From Cyanidioschyzon merolae (taxonomy: Eukaryota): 64,000 bases of DNA. Made by a program: the position numbers and the translations under genes. Of the stretch, positions 42,208 to 52,868 are shown piece by piece. The notes below the pieces were generated by a model, which ran no database searches, was not told the DNA's origin, and saw only the letters and a list, made by a program, of their open reading frames with translations. The stretch lies in the NCBI GenBank assembly GCA_000091205.1, contig AP006499.2. One strand, given 5' to 3'. Position 1 is the first letter of the stretch. Every line of letters begins with the position of its first letter.

Positions 42208-43227
42208 ATGGCAGCGACGGGAATCGTTCGTGTTCTTGTAACGCGCCAAATTCAGGAGGAAGCGCTTGAATATGTACGGAAGCAAGTTCCGAACGTCGAG
42301 CTTCAGGTGCACCCGGACGAACACCAGTCACCAGCGCGTTCGGAGCTTGAAGCGTGGCTGGAGCGCGGCGTGGACGGCCTCGTCTGCGTGATCGGAGACG
42401 TTATCGATGAGGCTCTGCTGACACACGACACGCAGGGTCGTTTACGTGTCGTGTCTACCATGTCTGTTGGGTATAACCACATCGACGTGGAGTCGTGTCG
42501 GCAACGAGGTATCGCTGTGGGGCATACACCAGACGTGCTCACGGAAACGACGGCGGACTTGGCTGTAGGTCTGGCGATCGCGACAGCACGGCGTTTCCGA
42601 GAAGCGCTTCAGGCCGTTGAACAGCCTGGTGGCTGGAAATCTTCCTGGTCGCCAACGTGGATGTGCGGAACCGATGTGCACGGGGCGACTGTGGGCATCA
42701 TAGGTCTGGGGCGCATCGGCGTCGCCGTTGCGCGGCGGTTGCACCACGGCTTCGGCTGCCGCATCCTATATCATGGTACTAGGGAGAAACCTGTGGTTGC
42801 AGCTGAGATTGGGCAGGCGCGTTTTTGTGCCGACCTGGGCGAGCTGCTCGCTGAGTCTGACTTTGTGATCCCACTCTGCCCGCTGACGCAAAAGACCCGT
42901 AACCTCATCAACGCTAGCAGTTTACGGCTCATGAAAAAATCCGCCTTTTTGATTAACGTTTCACGAGGTGAGATTGTCGACCAAGACGCCGTCTGTGACG
43001 CGCTAGAAGCCGAGGCGCTGGCTGGATACGGTACCGATGTAACGGTTCCAGAACCGATTCCCACTGATCACCGCTTGCTCAAGACCAGGGGTGTAACTGT
43101 GCTTCCACATATCGGCAGCGCTACCCTGCAGACTCGCTTGGCGATGGCTCGTCTCTGTGTCGAGAATCTGGTGGCCGGTGTCAAAGGAGACCCCTTGCCG
43201 CACCCCGTGCCGCTGCATGCCGAATAG
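42208..43227 (+). CDS. D-isomer-specific 2-hydroxyacid dehydrogenase (glyoxylate/hydroxypyruvate reductase-like)
   Basis: The NAD-binding site is GATVGIIGLGRIGVAVARRL. The catalytic-domain layout fits, and the C-terminus reads HIGSATLQTRLAMARLCVENLVAGVKGDPLP. The start was set at ATG 42208 (MAATGIVRVLVTRQ, a typical GRHPR N-terminus). An alternative ATG at 42124 would add a 28-aa Arg-rich extension. Confidence 0.85.
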   Translation: MAATGIVRVLVTRQIQEEALEYVRKQVPNVELQVHPDEHQSPARSELEAWLERGVDGLVCVIGDVIDEALLTHDTQGRLRVVSTMSVGYNHIDVESCRQRGIAVGHTPDVLTETTADLAVGLAIATARRFREALQAVEQPGGWKSSWSPTWMCGTDVHGATVGIIGLGRIGVAVARRLHHGFGCRILYHGTREKPVVAAEIGQARFCADLGELLAESDFVIPLCPLTQKTRNLINASSLRLMKKSAFLINVSRGEIVDQDAVCDALEAEALAGYGTDVTVPEPIPTDHRLLKTRGVTVLPHIGSATLQTRLAMARLCVENLVAGVKGDPLPHPVPLHAE

Positions 43228-43692
43228 TTTTTTCTCCGCTTGAGTGCGCAGCGAGCGATGCGCCAGTTACAAGAACAATCTCGACTGCGCTGCTGCTGCT
43301 GCTGCTTCTGGGACAAGGGGTAAGCATCCGGTGCGTTATTCGTTGCACCGCAGTCACAAATGACAAAGCGGCACGCACCGAGCAGGCACCAGCATTGCCT
43401 CTGGACGCGCAGCGAACGCGGCATTGCGGTACTGCCGTTTGACGCGGCAAGTGCTGGGATACAACATGCGCCAAAAAGCGCCGACGCGACCCCAAACGAA
43501 AGCGCGGATGCCTAGGCGAAACGACGATTGTCAATACTGTTTCTCTATCCCTTGTCGAACTGCGGCATGAAGTTTACGTTGTTATCTTGTGGCTGCCGTT
43601 TTCTGTAACGCTTTCACAAAGCGATACCGACGAGAGCGCCGGCTCGCAGGCTCAAAGCAGCCCCTATGAACAACGCAGCTTACGAGAGCGTG

Positions 43693-44154
43693 TCAGTAGG
43701 GATAGCGGTACGTCGAACCGCCCTCGCTTCCGCTAGTGCCGCCCATCCCAGAATCGTGTCCGTCGCCTGCCTTGTTTGTACGTCGAGTGCCTTTGAGTTC
43801 TTTTTTCTGTTCCTGTATAACCTTCCGCAGCTCTGAGCAGAGGTTTCGCGCTTCTAAAAGATGCTTCCTAGCCCGCTTGCCTGCAGCTTGATTACCTTTC
43901 TCAAAAAATTTACTCGCCTCACGCTCTATTGAGCCAAGTGCCTGACGGAGCGCTTGTAGCTTTTCCATGTGAGCTGCTCCAGAATCGCGCTTAGGCTCGA
44001 AGCGTTCGTCCACGGCGATCGTTGAGGCTTCTCGAAAAGCGTGCCCCCAACAGCGACGGCGTATGCAGCGTGCCCGCCAGGCGCAGACTGGAGATGGCGG
44101 GAAATTCGCCCTGGGCGCGGCGTGCGCGCGCACGCTCGCACCAACCGTATCCAT
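43693..44154 (-). CDS. Small basic protein with Hc1 (bacterial histone H1-like)-type motif; boundaries uncertain
   Basis: ASKFFEKGNQAAGKRARKHLLEARNLCSELRKV resembles the Chlamydia HctA/Hc1 N-terminal helix LLKAEKGNKAAAQRVRTESIKLEKIAKVYRK. A Gly/Ser-rich C-terminal tail follows. Both the ATG at 44154 and the ATG at 43968 (MEKLQ...) are possible starts. The upstream 62 aa are Arg-rich and could be a presequence. Confidence 0.3.
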   Translation of the reverse strand: MDTVGASVRAHAAPRANFPPSPVCAWRARCIRRRCWGHAFREASTIAVDERFEPKRDSGAAHMEKLQALRQALGSIEREASKFFEKGNQAAGKRARKHLLEARNLCSELRKVIQEQKKELKGTRRTNKAGDGHDSGMGGTSGSEGGSTYRYPY

Positions 44155-44819
44155 TCGATTTTCTCTGCCTGACAGGGGTGTTTACGTGGACGATAGATCC
44201 TAGACTGCAGAACGGATATTGGCATTCGGTAAGAAGTCTTTCATGATACATGCTATGTGCAGCTTCCATGATCAATGCTTCCTCACGGATGTACGGGTTG
44301 TTTTGTACGGTCTATTATGCGCCGAGTGCCGGTCGAGCGTAGCAGCAGAAGCGCGTATTCCGCTATTTTTGTGATGCAGCTTGGATACAGAACAGTTTTG
44401 CGATACTGCTGAGGGCGTCGGCGCGAGGTATGGTTCATTCAGGACGGAATCCGGACTGTTCATTAATCTGGGAGTTTGCAATGCGGGCATACGCATAAAC
44501 TGCCTCTGGCAGCGCGAGGCGACATGCACGAAGCCAACTGCGACCAGAGCGACGTCCAGAAGCAGCCTACACGCTCCGAATTCCAGCACGAACCGCGTTG
44601 TGGACCAGCAGCTGAGGTCTCTTCACAGCGCTAGGCACTGGGGCGAGCATGAAGCACCAGCCCGGCAGACTCGCCTTCTGCCGAGAAGGAAAACTTTCGA
44701 CAATACGGAAAACTTTTCCCCCTTTCGCCGCTTACCGTAGAGGCGGAAGCGATCGTTTTCTCGTCGCTCTTTAGTGGCTAGTTTCGGTTCATGCTATCCA
44801 CGTTAAAGTGATACCCGCT

Positions 44820-46140
44820 CCAAGACGCCTCCCAGCCTTTTTCTACACGCCGCCTGCGCTCGGCTTCAGTTTTTCCTTGTAAACCTCAAACCTGAAAGGT
44901 TGCCCCATGAAGTTGGATCGTCTCAGCTCCTTAGATCTCGTCTTCTGCACCACACATTTTCTGATATTGATGGCAGCACTGGAGTCTCGGTTCACGAACT
45001 CCATGCGTTCCGTGCCTCTAATTGACCTTACTAGTGCAGGGACTCCTCGAGCTCGTGCCCTATGTACCATTTGCTGCTTTGGCAGCGCTCCGTACTTTTC
45101 TATCGCCGAAGCGCTCCGCTGCCTTATCCCCAGGTCGACCTTCTGAAGAGTGCGTTCCAGCTCATCCCCTGATTTTTTGAAAACGAACGCACTTGTTTAT
45201 TCCATTCGGGGAGGACCTGCCTGGAGCGAGAAGGACTTGCGCAAGAAAGACGACATGTGCCTCGGTGTCACCGTGTGCTGAACGCTTCAGCCATTCTCCC
45301 AGTCGAGCCATCACTACATTTCACGATAGAAATCACGCATTGGATGCAGTTGAACTATGAAGTGTACGGAGGATTCAAAAGCAGCTCTACCCTGATAGAA
45401 TCGGCAAAATTCGAAAGCAACTGGAATGGTGGATTGCTTCAGTGTCCAATAGAGTAACGTCGCCAGGCGTCGGGGAAATTGTCTCTAAAATTTCAGCGAA
45501 CTGGGTGCTGGTGTATGAGTCTTCTCGACAAGCGAAACTGAGGCCGTAAACTGAATCCACTAGGGCTGGAACAGATGATGGTGTCGTCGTCCGCTTCGCG
45601 ATCGATAGCACATGCAACGGGGTCCATCTTCTCGAATACCCATATATGCTCCAATCGTTTCATCCGAAGGAAGCCTCATCGACTGAGAAAAGAAACTGAA
45701 GTTCCTATTCTTCGTACTAGACGCGACGTTCCCGGAATTCCGTTGTTGCGATTTCGGGGGAAGATTGCCGTGCATGAAACCAGACTCTTTTTTCGCGACC
45801 GCGTCCCAGCGACTTTTTTCCAGGACCACACGAACCAGCTGTTGAGGAATGGAGACGTCCATGGTCGCTACGATCGTCGCTTTTTGTTCCCATATGGTAA
45901 TCAACAGATCGTTTTCTACCAGGGACTGGAAGCACGCTCTTACACTATCTGTATCTTGCGTGGAGCGCAAATTCTTGTCTCGTTCAGGGTTCCAGAACCA
46001 TTTTGTAACCATCGCATGACTGACCTGACGAGGAATGCACTCCTCGTTGCACTGTCCAGTAAAGAATACATCCTACAACCAACTCATCTTCGATCTATAC
46101 AGTACATTGCATCGTGAATTTGATCTCCTGCCATACACCA
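44820..46140. repeat. Dispersed repeat, copy B, homologous to 21055-22420; minus strand carries a RuvC-III-like D..AAINI motif
   Basis: See copy A. The minus-strand ORF 44843-45070 encodes EFVNRDSSAAINIRK. Its copy-A counterpart at 20925-21395 encodes EFVQQYFNAAINIRQ. No intact long ORF remains. Confidence 0.8.
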
Positions 46141-47894
46141 CAGAGGAAGTCGACCAAAATTGGATTGAAAGACTGTGATCCGACACGCAATCTAGTCCTG
46201 TATATCCAGACTGATGACGAGAACGAGCCCCGTCTGGATACGCCAAGTCTTCTTGTAGCAAGGTTCTAGTTATGACCTATTCAGATGAAAGCAGGACGCC
46301 TCGCCTGATCCAGAGCGCAGTGCGCGCTAATGACACTTGTTGGTTGTCGCGATCGGCAAGCGGCACCAGCTATCGCTGGTATTCGCGAGCACTGCCCATG
46401 TGTTTGAGCTGGCGAGGAGATGCTGGGCTCGGACGTACTGGTACCCCGAAGCGAACAACAGTTGGAACCCGATCGAGCACCATCTTTTGCACCAGTGCCC
46501 TAACAGGTACAAGGTCGAGTCTCAGATGCGTCTACCGTGAACGCACAAGTCGCAGACCGTGCTTATCTACGCGAACTCAGATCCTGCAGCACGAAATAGC
46601 TGGTATCGCGTCAATTTCAATCGAGTGTGCATACCCTAGCTCAAACTCTGATGCAGGCTGCTTGTCAAACAAATGCATCAATGAGACTCGCGCGACGAAG
46701 CGCTCGTCATGCGGCTAGAGGGCGCTGCCAAGACCTGCGTTGCCGATGACGCAACCGCGACGATCGAAGGTCACCAAAAACTCGCGCTGCCTCGCTCCGA
46801 CTGACAAGCTGCCGCTTCGCACGAATCTCGTCGACAGCATCATCTCCTCGAACATTCCATACATTCGCTACGTTCGGTGCAAAGCTCGGAAAGAGCGCAT
46901 CCCCCGACACGGAGCTCGTGCGCGAACAGCCGAGGCCATGTACCAGACGACGCCAGTCGATACTGGGACCGGAGCACAACGCGCTAGATGTGCGCTCCAA
47001 CGTGTCCATGTGCACGTTTCTCTTCATGATGCCAATCGAGGCTGAGCATCCGAGCGGATTTCAGGTTTACAAAGAGCAGACGCACCGATTCATATCGACG
47101 TGCATCGAAGAATGCGCTGTGCACCAGACAAACGAGAAAAAGTCCGACGCGCCCAAAGAAGCATCCACAGAATACCGGTTGACCGGAAAAACGCGCGTCT
47201 TGGGGCATATCGCCAGGAGACCATCGGTTGTTTCTGTTATCCAGAGCCGCTGAAACCGCAGATCGCAAATCAAAGGCCGTAGTTTTTCAGGCGGCTGACC
47301 GCAGCGTCGCCTGATCCCGTGTTTCCCAGCACAGGGCACGCAGCATGCGATATAGCGGGAACGAAGGGATGTTTTCGCAGGCTTTCAGTAACTCGTGTGC
47401 CCTGTCTAGCGAATCTCAGACAAATCGGGGAATGTGCTTCATGGAATAGTACAAGCACCAGGCGAAACGGCAGTAATCGGGAATATCCTACGCTTCCGAC
47501 TGAGCGTAGCCCTATTGAATCGAAAACACAGGTGGAGCGTTTCGCTTGGCGTCGCAGTGCAGCGCCCGTTTCATGCAAGAACGTCAGTGTCGGGACGGCT
47601 CGTACTCGTCCTAATAGGACACGTACTCGTCCTGGAGAAAGCTCAGGAATGCACCTGGTATCTCGATATAGAGAAGTTTCGTCTGTGGTTACGGGGAAAC
47701 CGCATCATGAAATCGGAATCAACGGAAAACCTCATAGCTGGTTTCAGGTTCCGATATGCCCGAAACGCCGCGTTTGTCGTATGCCCCGAAGAGCGAGCAG
47801 CAACAGATGCATACAGTTACCGCACGGACTAGAGCGAAAGCTCGATCACCGTCGATTGCACGCTGCATGCGACTACCTCTATGACGACTACCAT

Positions 47895-47929
<35 letters not shown>
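47895..47929. repeat. (TAC)4(TGC)8 compound microsatellite
   Basis: The tract reads tactactactactgctgctgctgctgctgctgctg. It lies ~25 bp beyond the MLH1 stop. Confidence 0.95.
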
Positions 47930-47952
47930 TAGGGACTCCTGATCCGCAATGT

Positions 47953-50424
47953 TCAGCAGCGTTCAAAGATGCGATAGAGCCGTTCCGTTCGCGCAACCAC
48001 CGTGAGCGTACCATCCCGCCCCCAAACCGCCGGCGCATGAAAGCGTTCATGATCGCGAACAAGGATTAAAACGCGTTCGGCTGCTCCAGCTATGGCAGCT
48101 AGATCCTCGGTAGAGTGCTTTTCCATCGTGAACGCTTCTAGGTAACTCTCTGTATACAGAAGCGCCAGTGCCCGAATAACCTGCCGTATTCGAGTCTGGC
48201 GATCCGCTTCGTGCCGATAACGCACTAAGCGATCACCGAAAAGCGTCAAGCTCGAGGCTCGTGGATGAACCGCCACCGAACAATCTACCCATGGAAGGCT
48301 GTGCAGATACAGGTGGAGAGCCTGCGGCCTCGCCGACCAGCAGCTGAGACGCGTTGGACCTTCCCCGAGTTCACTCATGTGCCCTATTTCAGGACATAAC
48401 GGCTCAAGACAGAGATGAATCCCGCAGTAGAAAGCGAGCTCCAATGCATATGAGTACCAACTGGAAAGAAACTCGCCGTTTGCGTCCACACTCGGGCGAT
48501 TCGAGACATCGAGCTCTACGACCCAAGGAGATTGGAGCCGGACGATAGGCGTTGCTGCGGGTTGCGGCTCCAAAGCACCTACAAGCTGCTGATAATAGAG
48601 TTCCTCCAGTATCCGTGACAAATCGACCGCAACAAGCGCAGTACCGAACTGAATCAAACAGCAACGATCGTCAACAGCACCAACAAAGACGTGCTCGCGA
48701 AAGACCTCGGCAATCGCATGCGAATACCCATCGACACATTCCCTGTGGAGCGCTTCTGCGATGCGCTCTCGCGTTGTCGTCGCTTCTAACTGGAGGCAGC
48801 GGGACAGCGTGCTATCCCCGTTGTGCCCTGCTGAGCGTGCGGGCGTTGTCAATACGCGTACCCGTCCTTGTATGACCCCAGTAACGCTCTGCCATTGCTC
48901 CAGCCTGGTAGATTGAGCATCGACTCGAATTCGCTGCGACGGCGGCAGTGTACACGTAGATGATCGCTGACTAAATAGACGCTGCTTGTGCTCTGTACAA
49001 AGCTGTTCCCAGCAGTCTGCAGCGTCCAGTTGCCTTGATCCGCCATCCTGGGCGTTCGCGCAAGCGACAACTTTCCCGGTACCTGCGTCGTTCGGTGGAC
49101 CCGCCATCGCTTCAGCAGCACGCTTGCGAGTGCTCCCGATGAGTGCTTCCCGCAACGACTCGAGGCTGACAGTGGCTCGGGCGGCCTCTGCGTCCGAGTC
49201 CCGTGGCAGCAACGCAGCTGTGCCAGAGCCGGCACGTACCCGAGGCGCCTGCACCGCGAAACTCCGTTGCGCGCCACTACTGATGAGTTGTTGCTCTAAC
49301 GCCTGCACGATATTGGAAAAGGCAATTTGCTCATCGAGAAAACGAACTTCTTTCTTTGCCGGATGCACATTCACATCAAGAATTTCAGGGGGCACCTTCA
49401 GCTCCAGATAGCAAAACGGGTGATGCGGACCTTTCAAGTAGTACCTGGCGTACAGTTGCTCGATGGCTCTCCGGAGAGTACGACACTCGACGAGGCGCCC
49501 ATTCACAAAATAGATATGCAATGGTTTCGTCTGACTCGCTCCAAGCAGACTGAAATACGCGCGCTCAAGCAAGATTTCTGCCTCCTGGACGGTACCCGCA
49601 ACTGCGTGCTGCACTCGGTGAAGCACCCGGCATCCGAGTGTTCCCAACGAGGATGCCACCTTCTGTCCAAATATAGCTCGAATGTTATCCAAGTGGCTAG
49701 CATGGACAAACGTATGAAGGTCGTCGGTTTCCGCTTCCGTCGCTCGCAGAGCGCAAGTCTCGCGCTTCCGACAGCACATCGCTATTCGCCCGGAATGATA
49801 GAGTGCATAACGGGATACGATACTAAGCATCTGACGGTATTCTTCAGCGTGCGTGCGAAGAAAACTCTCATATCTAGCGGGCATGGAGCGGAACATATCC
49901 GTCACCAGGATGGTGGTACCCGGTGTCCGGGCTGCGGCCTGCACCCCAGGAGCCACCAGTTTCCCCTGCCGATAGCTCGCTCTCCAGCCGTGCTCTTCAT
50001 GATGCGTCCGGGAAACTATGCAAAGTTCGCTGATGTGTGATATGGAGGCGAGCGCCTCACCCCGAAAGCCACAGGTGGCGACCTTGGCGAGATCCTCCAC
50101 TGAACGCAACTTGCTCGTGGTGTGGCGTTCGCATAGCAACCGGGCGTCCTGCACTCGGATTCCACACCCGTTGTCGACAACCTCAAGACGAACGATCCCG
50201 CCACGAATTATCGACACGCTTATACGTGTCGAACCGGCGTCGATGGCGTTCTCTAAGAGCTCTTTTAGCGCTGCCGAGGGACGGGCGACCACCTCTCCAG
50301 CTGCCATGCGACTGACGACTTCTGGTCCAAGCGGCAAAATCCGCCGCGGCAGCTTCTCCTCGTCATTTGTTTGTTGGTCAACCTCCGAAGGAACCGCTGC
50401 ATTAACGTCGGAGTTTATTTCCAT
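47953..50424 (-). CDS. MLH1: DNA mismatch repair protein MLH1
   Basis: The GHKL ATPase motifs are present (LKELLENAIDAGSTRISV, VVDNGCGI and GFRGEALASISHISEL). The C-terminus ends in the MLH1-specific FERC. The start was set at ATG 50424 (MEINSDV...), because the longer ORF-track N-terminus has no homology. Confidence 0.9.
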   Translation of the reverse strand: MEINSDVNAAVPSEVDQQTNDEEKLPRRILPLGPEVVSRMAAGEVVARPSAALKELLENAIDAGSTRISVSIIRGGIVRLEVVDNGCGIRVQDARLLCERHTTSKLRSVEDLAKVATCGFRGEALASISHISELCIVSRTHHEEHGWRASYRQGKLVAPGVQAAARTPGTTILVTDMFRSMPARYESFLRTHAEEYRQMLSIVSRYALYHSGRIAMCCRKRETCALRATEAETDDLHTFVHASHLDNIRAIFGQKVASSLGTLGCRVLHRVQHAVAGTVQEAEILLERAYFSLLGASQTKPLHIYFVNGRLVECRTLRRAIEQLYARYYLKGPHHPFCYLELKVPPEILDVNVHPAKKEVRFLDEQIAFSNIVQALEQQLISSGAQRSFAVQAPRVRAGSGTAALLPRDSDAEAARATVSLESLREALIGSTRKRAAEAMAGPPNDAGTGKVVACANAQDGGSRQLDAADCWEQLCTEHKQRLFSQRSSTCTLPPSQRIRVDAQSTRLEQWQSVTGVIQGRVRVLTTPARSAGHNGDSTLSRCLQLEATTTRERIAEALHRECVDGYSHAIAEVFREHVFVGAVDDRCCLIQFGTALVAVDLSRILEELYYQQLVGALEPQPAATPIVRLQSPWVVELDVSNRPSVDANGEFLSSWYSYALELAFYCGIHLCLEPLCPEIGHMSELGEGPTRLSCWSARPQALHLYLHSLPWVDCSVAVHPRASSLTLFGDRLVRYRHEADRQTRIRQVIRALALLYTESYLEAFTMEKHSTEDLAAIAGAAERVLILVRDHERFHAPAVWGRDGTLTVVARTERLYRIFERC

Positions 50425-50694
50425 GCAGTGAAAGCCATATCGTCGAGTGCGTACGCAAGTTGGGACGCGCTCAACGCTCCCGCGCACCACTGCCAGTGGC
50501 AGACGTCTACCGGCATATTGTGCTCACTCCGGGAAGGCGCGCTTTTTTCCTGGCGACTTGTCATTTACACGAACCCAGGGGAACTCGATTGAGCGCTTGT
50601 TCACTGAATTGGGAGAACTTTCCGGGAACTCGCCCTGGAACCGTGTCGCTTCTCAGGAACAAACTCAGTACCGCATGGTCTAGGTCGTTCGACT

Positions 50695-51864
50695 ATGCTC
50701 GTGGGTATCATCGGACGCAGGTGTGCCGGAAAGAAAACGGTACACAGTTTACTTGTCGAGCGTTTTGGCTTTCTTCCAGCGTACCTGGAACCAGCTGAAA
50801 TCGAAGCGAATCCTCAAGTACGACAGCAACCAGTCTCGCTGGTTTCTGGACAGCCTGCTTGCAACGATGAGCCGCTAGCAGCCCTGACACTGGAGGCACC
50901 GAGCGACTGCTGGCGATCGGATAGGTTTTACGTCCTGCCACCAGGATTGAGCACGAAGCAGGCCAGGGCGCTGAGGAAACGGCCGTACTTTCTCCTCCTA
51001 GCTGTAGACGCTCCTGGACTTGTTCGTTTCCGGAGATGGCAGAGCCAATGCGCATCCGAAGGCACAAACTGCATAGCATCCGCTTCCCAGAGCAGTGTCC
51101 TGGAGTTCCTTCGGCTCGATGACGCCGATTACTTTGGACAAGCTGTGACGGATGCTGGCTGGGATGCTCGTTGCGAGCACGAGGCCGTGGCGGTACCACG
51201 CCCATCGCCAGACGACCCTGATGCACTGTGGCGGGCCTTTGAGCTGAGCGACGTCCGTGTCTATAACCCCACGGACAATCGTGAGCAGCTTGCCGCAGCG
51301 TTGCAGCGTTTGCAGCTTCAGAGACCTGATTGGCTTCGTCCCGCCTGGGATACCTATTTCATGCGCATTGCGGAGCTCGCCTCGATGCGAACGAACTGTA
51401 TGAAGCGGCGCGTAGGTGCGGTGATTGTGCGAGATCATCGCGTCATTGCCACGGGTTACAATGGTACACCGCGAGGTACACGGAACTGCAACGAAGGCGG
51501 CTGCCAGCGGTGTAATGGTGGAGCTCGAGCTGGCCACGCTCTTGACGTTTGTCTGTGTTTGCACGCCGAGGAGAACGCGATCATCGAGGCAGGACGGGAG
51601 CGGTGTGCAGGTTCCACGCTCTTCACCAACCTCTGTCCTTGTTTGGCGTGCACGAAGAAAATCGTACAAGCAGGCATCCGCGAGGTCGTCTACGGAGCCA
51701 CGTACGCTATGGATACGCGTTCTGCGCGCCTATTTGCTGAAGCAGGTGTCCGAATGCGGCACTATCCGTGCACCTTGTCCAGGGGAAGCAGCGCACCGTT
51801 CGAGGTAACCTCCGTATCTCCCGTTGTCAGCAACCATTCGACACAATTGCAGTCCAGCGGATAG
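50695..51864 (+). CDS. dCMP deaminase with N-terminal P-loop (kinase-like) domain
   Basis: The C-terminal CMP/dCMP deaminase zinc site comprises HAEENAIIEAG and CPCLACTKKIVQAGIREVVYG. The N-terminal ~150 aa carry Walker A GIIGRRCAGKKT and a Walker-B-like FLLLAVDAP. The ATG at 50695 was verified. Confidence 0.8.
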   Translation: MLVGIIGRRCAGKKTVHSLLVERFGFLPAYLEPAEIEANPQVRQQPVSLVSGQPACNDEPLAALTLEAPSDCWRSDRFYVLPPGLSTKQARALRKRPYFLLLAVDAPGLVRFRRWQSQCASEGTNCIASASQSSVLEFLRLDDADYFGQAVTDAGWDARCEHEAVAVPRPSPDDPDALWRAFELSDVRVYNPTDNREQLAAALQRLQLQRPDWLRPAWDTYFMRIAELASMRTNCMKRRVGAVIVRDHRVIATGYNGTPRGTRNCNEGGCQRCNGGARAGHALDVCLCLHAEENAIIEAGRERCAGSTLFTNLCPCLACTKKIVQAGIREVVYGATYAMDTRSARLFAEAGVRMRHYPCTLSRGSSAPFEVTSVSPVVSNHSTQLQSSG

Positions 51865-52868
51865 CGTACGCGACGTGACCTTGTTCTGGAGAGAGGTATT
51901 GGCTTCGGGATCCTGCACACCTGTTGGTTGACGTTTGCTGCCGAGCCGGCACCCGAAGGATACGCGAAGGAGGTCTCGGAGGTCTATGCCTCGTCGCATG
52001 CTGGAATACATCTCGAAGAGAGGCGTCTTGTGGTTTTGTTGCGAGGCAATAACATGCTGACACATCCGGAGCGAAACGCAGAGTCAACCTGCACGATCTG
52101 TCGAGTATGTATACCTGCTGAAGCGACCATGAGCAAACCAGCTATACGCCGTCGATGGTGCCGCCTGGCAACCTCAGTGCTTGGATGAGCGGCGTCGAGT
52201 TTCCGCAAGGAAGAGGGCTAGCGCGGCCAGCAGCTTCCAATGCTCTCGGCACTGTGGTGGGTCGCGCTTCCAGAGTGCACGATGGCTCAAGAGACGGGCA
52301 CCAACGATACGCAGGCCGCGTAGATTTCGAGTCCAGTTAATGGCCGTCTGCCGTACTTCTTTTGCTCTGAGACTGATGAAGCGATCCAGCGTCTTCAGGA
52401 AATGCGATTCACGTTGATAGCTAGAGAGCAGACTCGCCCGCAGTGCGTACGCTTCGATACGGATTGCAACGCTGCGGGTGTCGAGGGTGTCGTGATCGCA
52501 TCGTACGATGCGGCAATCGATTGACAGAGACAGCACGAGCTTTCGGTACCTCGAATGGCATCGACGGGAGAATCCGCTGCGATACCAGCTCCAAACGCGC
52601 AGTATGCGCGTCCTGTCCAGACCGGTAACAGGCTTCCTCGCAATCGACAGGTCCACAGGGCCGGAATGACGCTTCTCGGCGGTGCGGGCATCTTATTGTT
52701 GGAATAACCTCTCGAGGCGAGGTTTGACTCAAGCCAGCACATGTTCACGTATCCATCAAAAGCATGATCCAAACACGACGCTGGCTTCGTACCACTCTTT
52801 CACAAAAATAGGTTCGCTTTAGAACTTTAAGTTTAGGGGAAAAACGCGCCACTGCGTCATCCGATACT

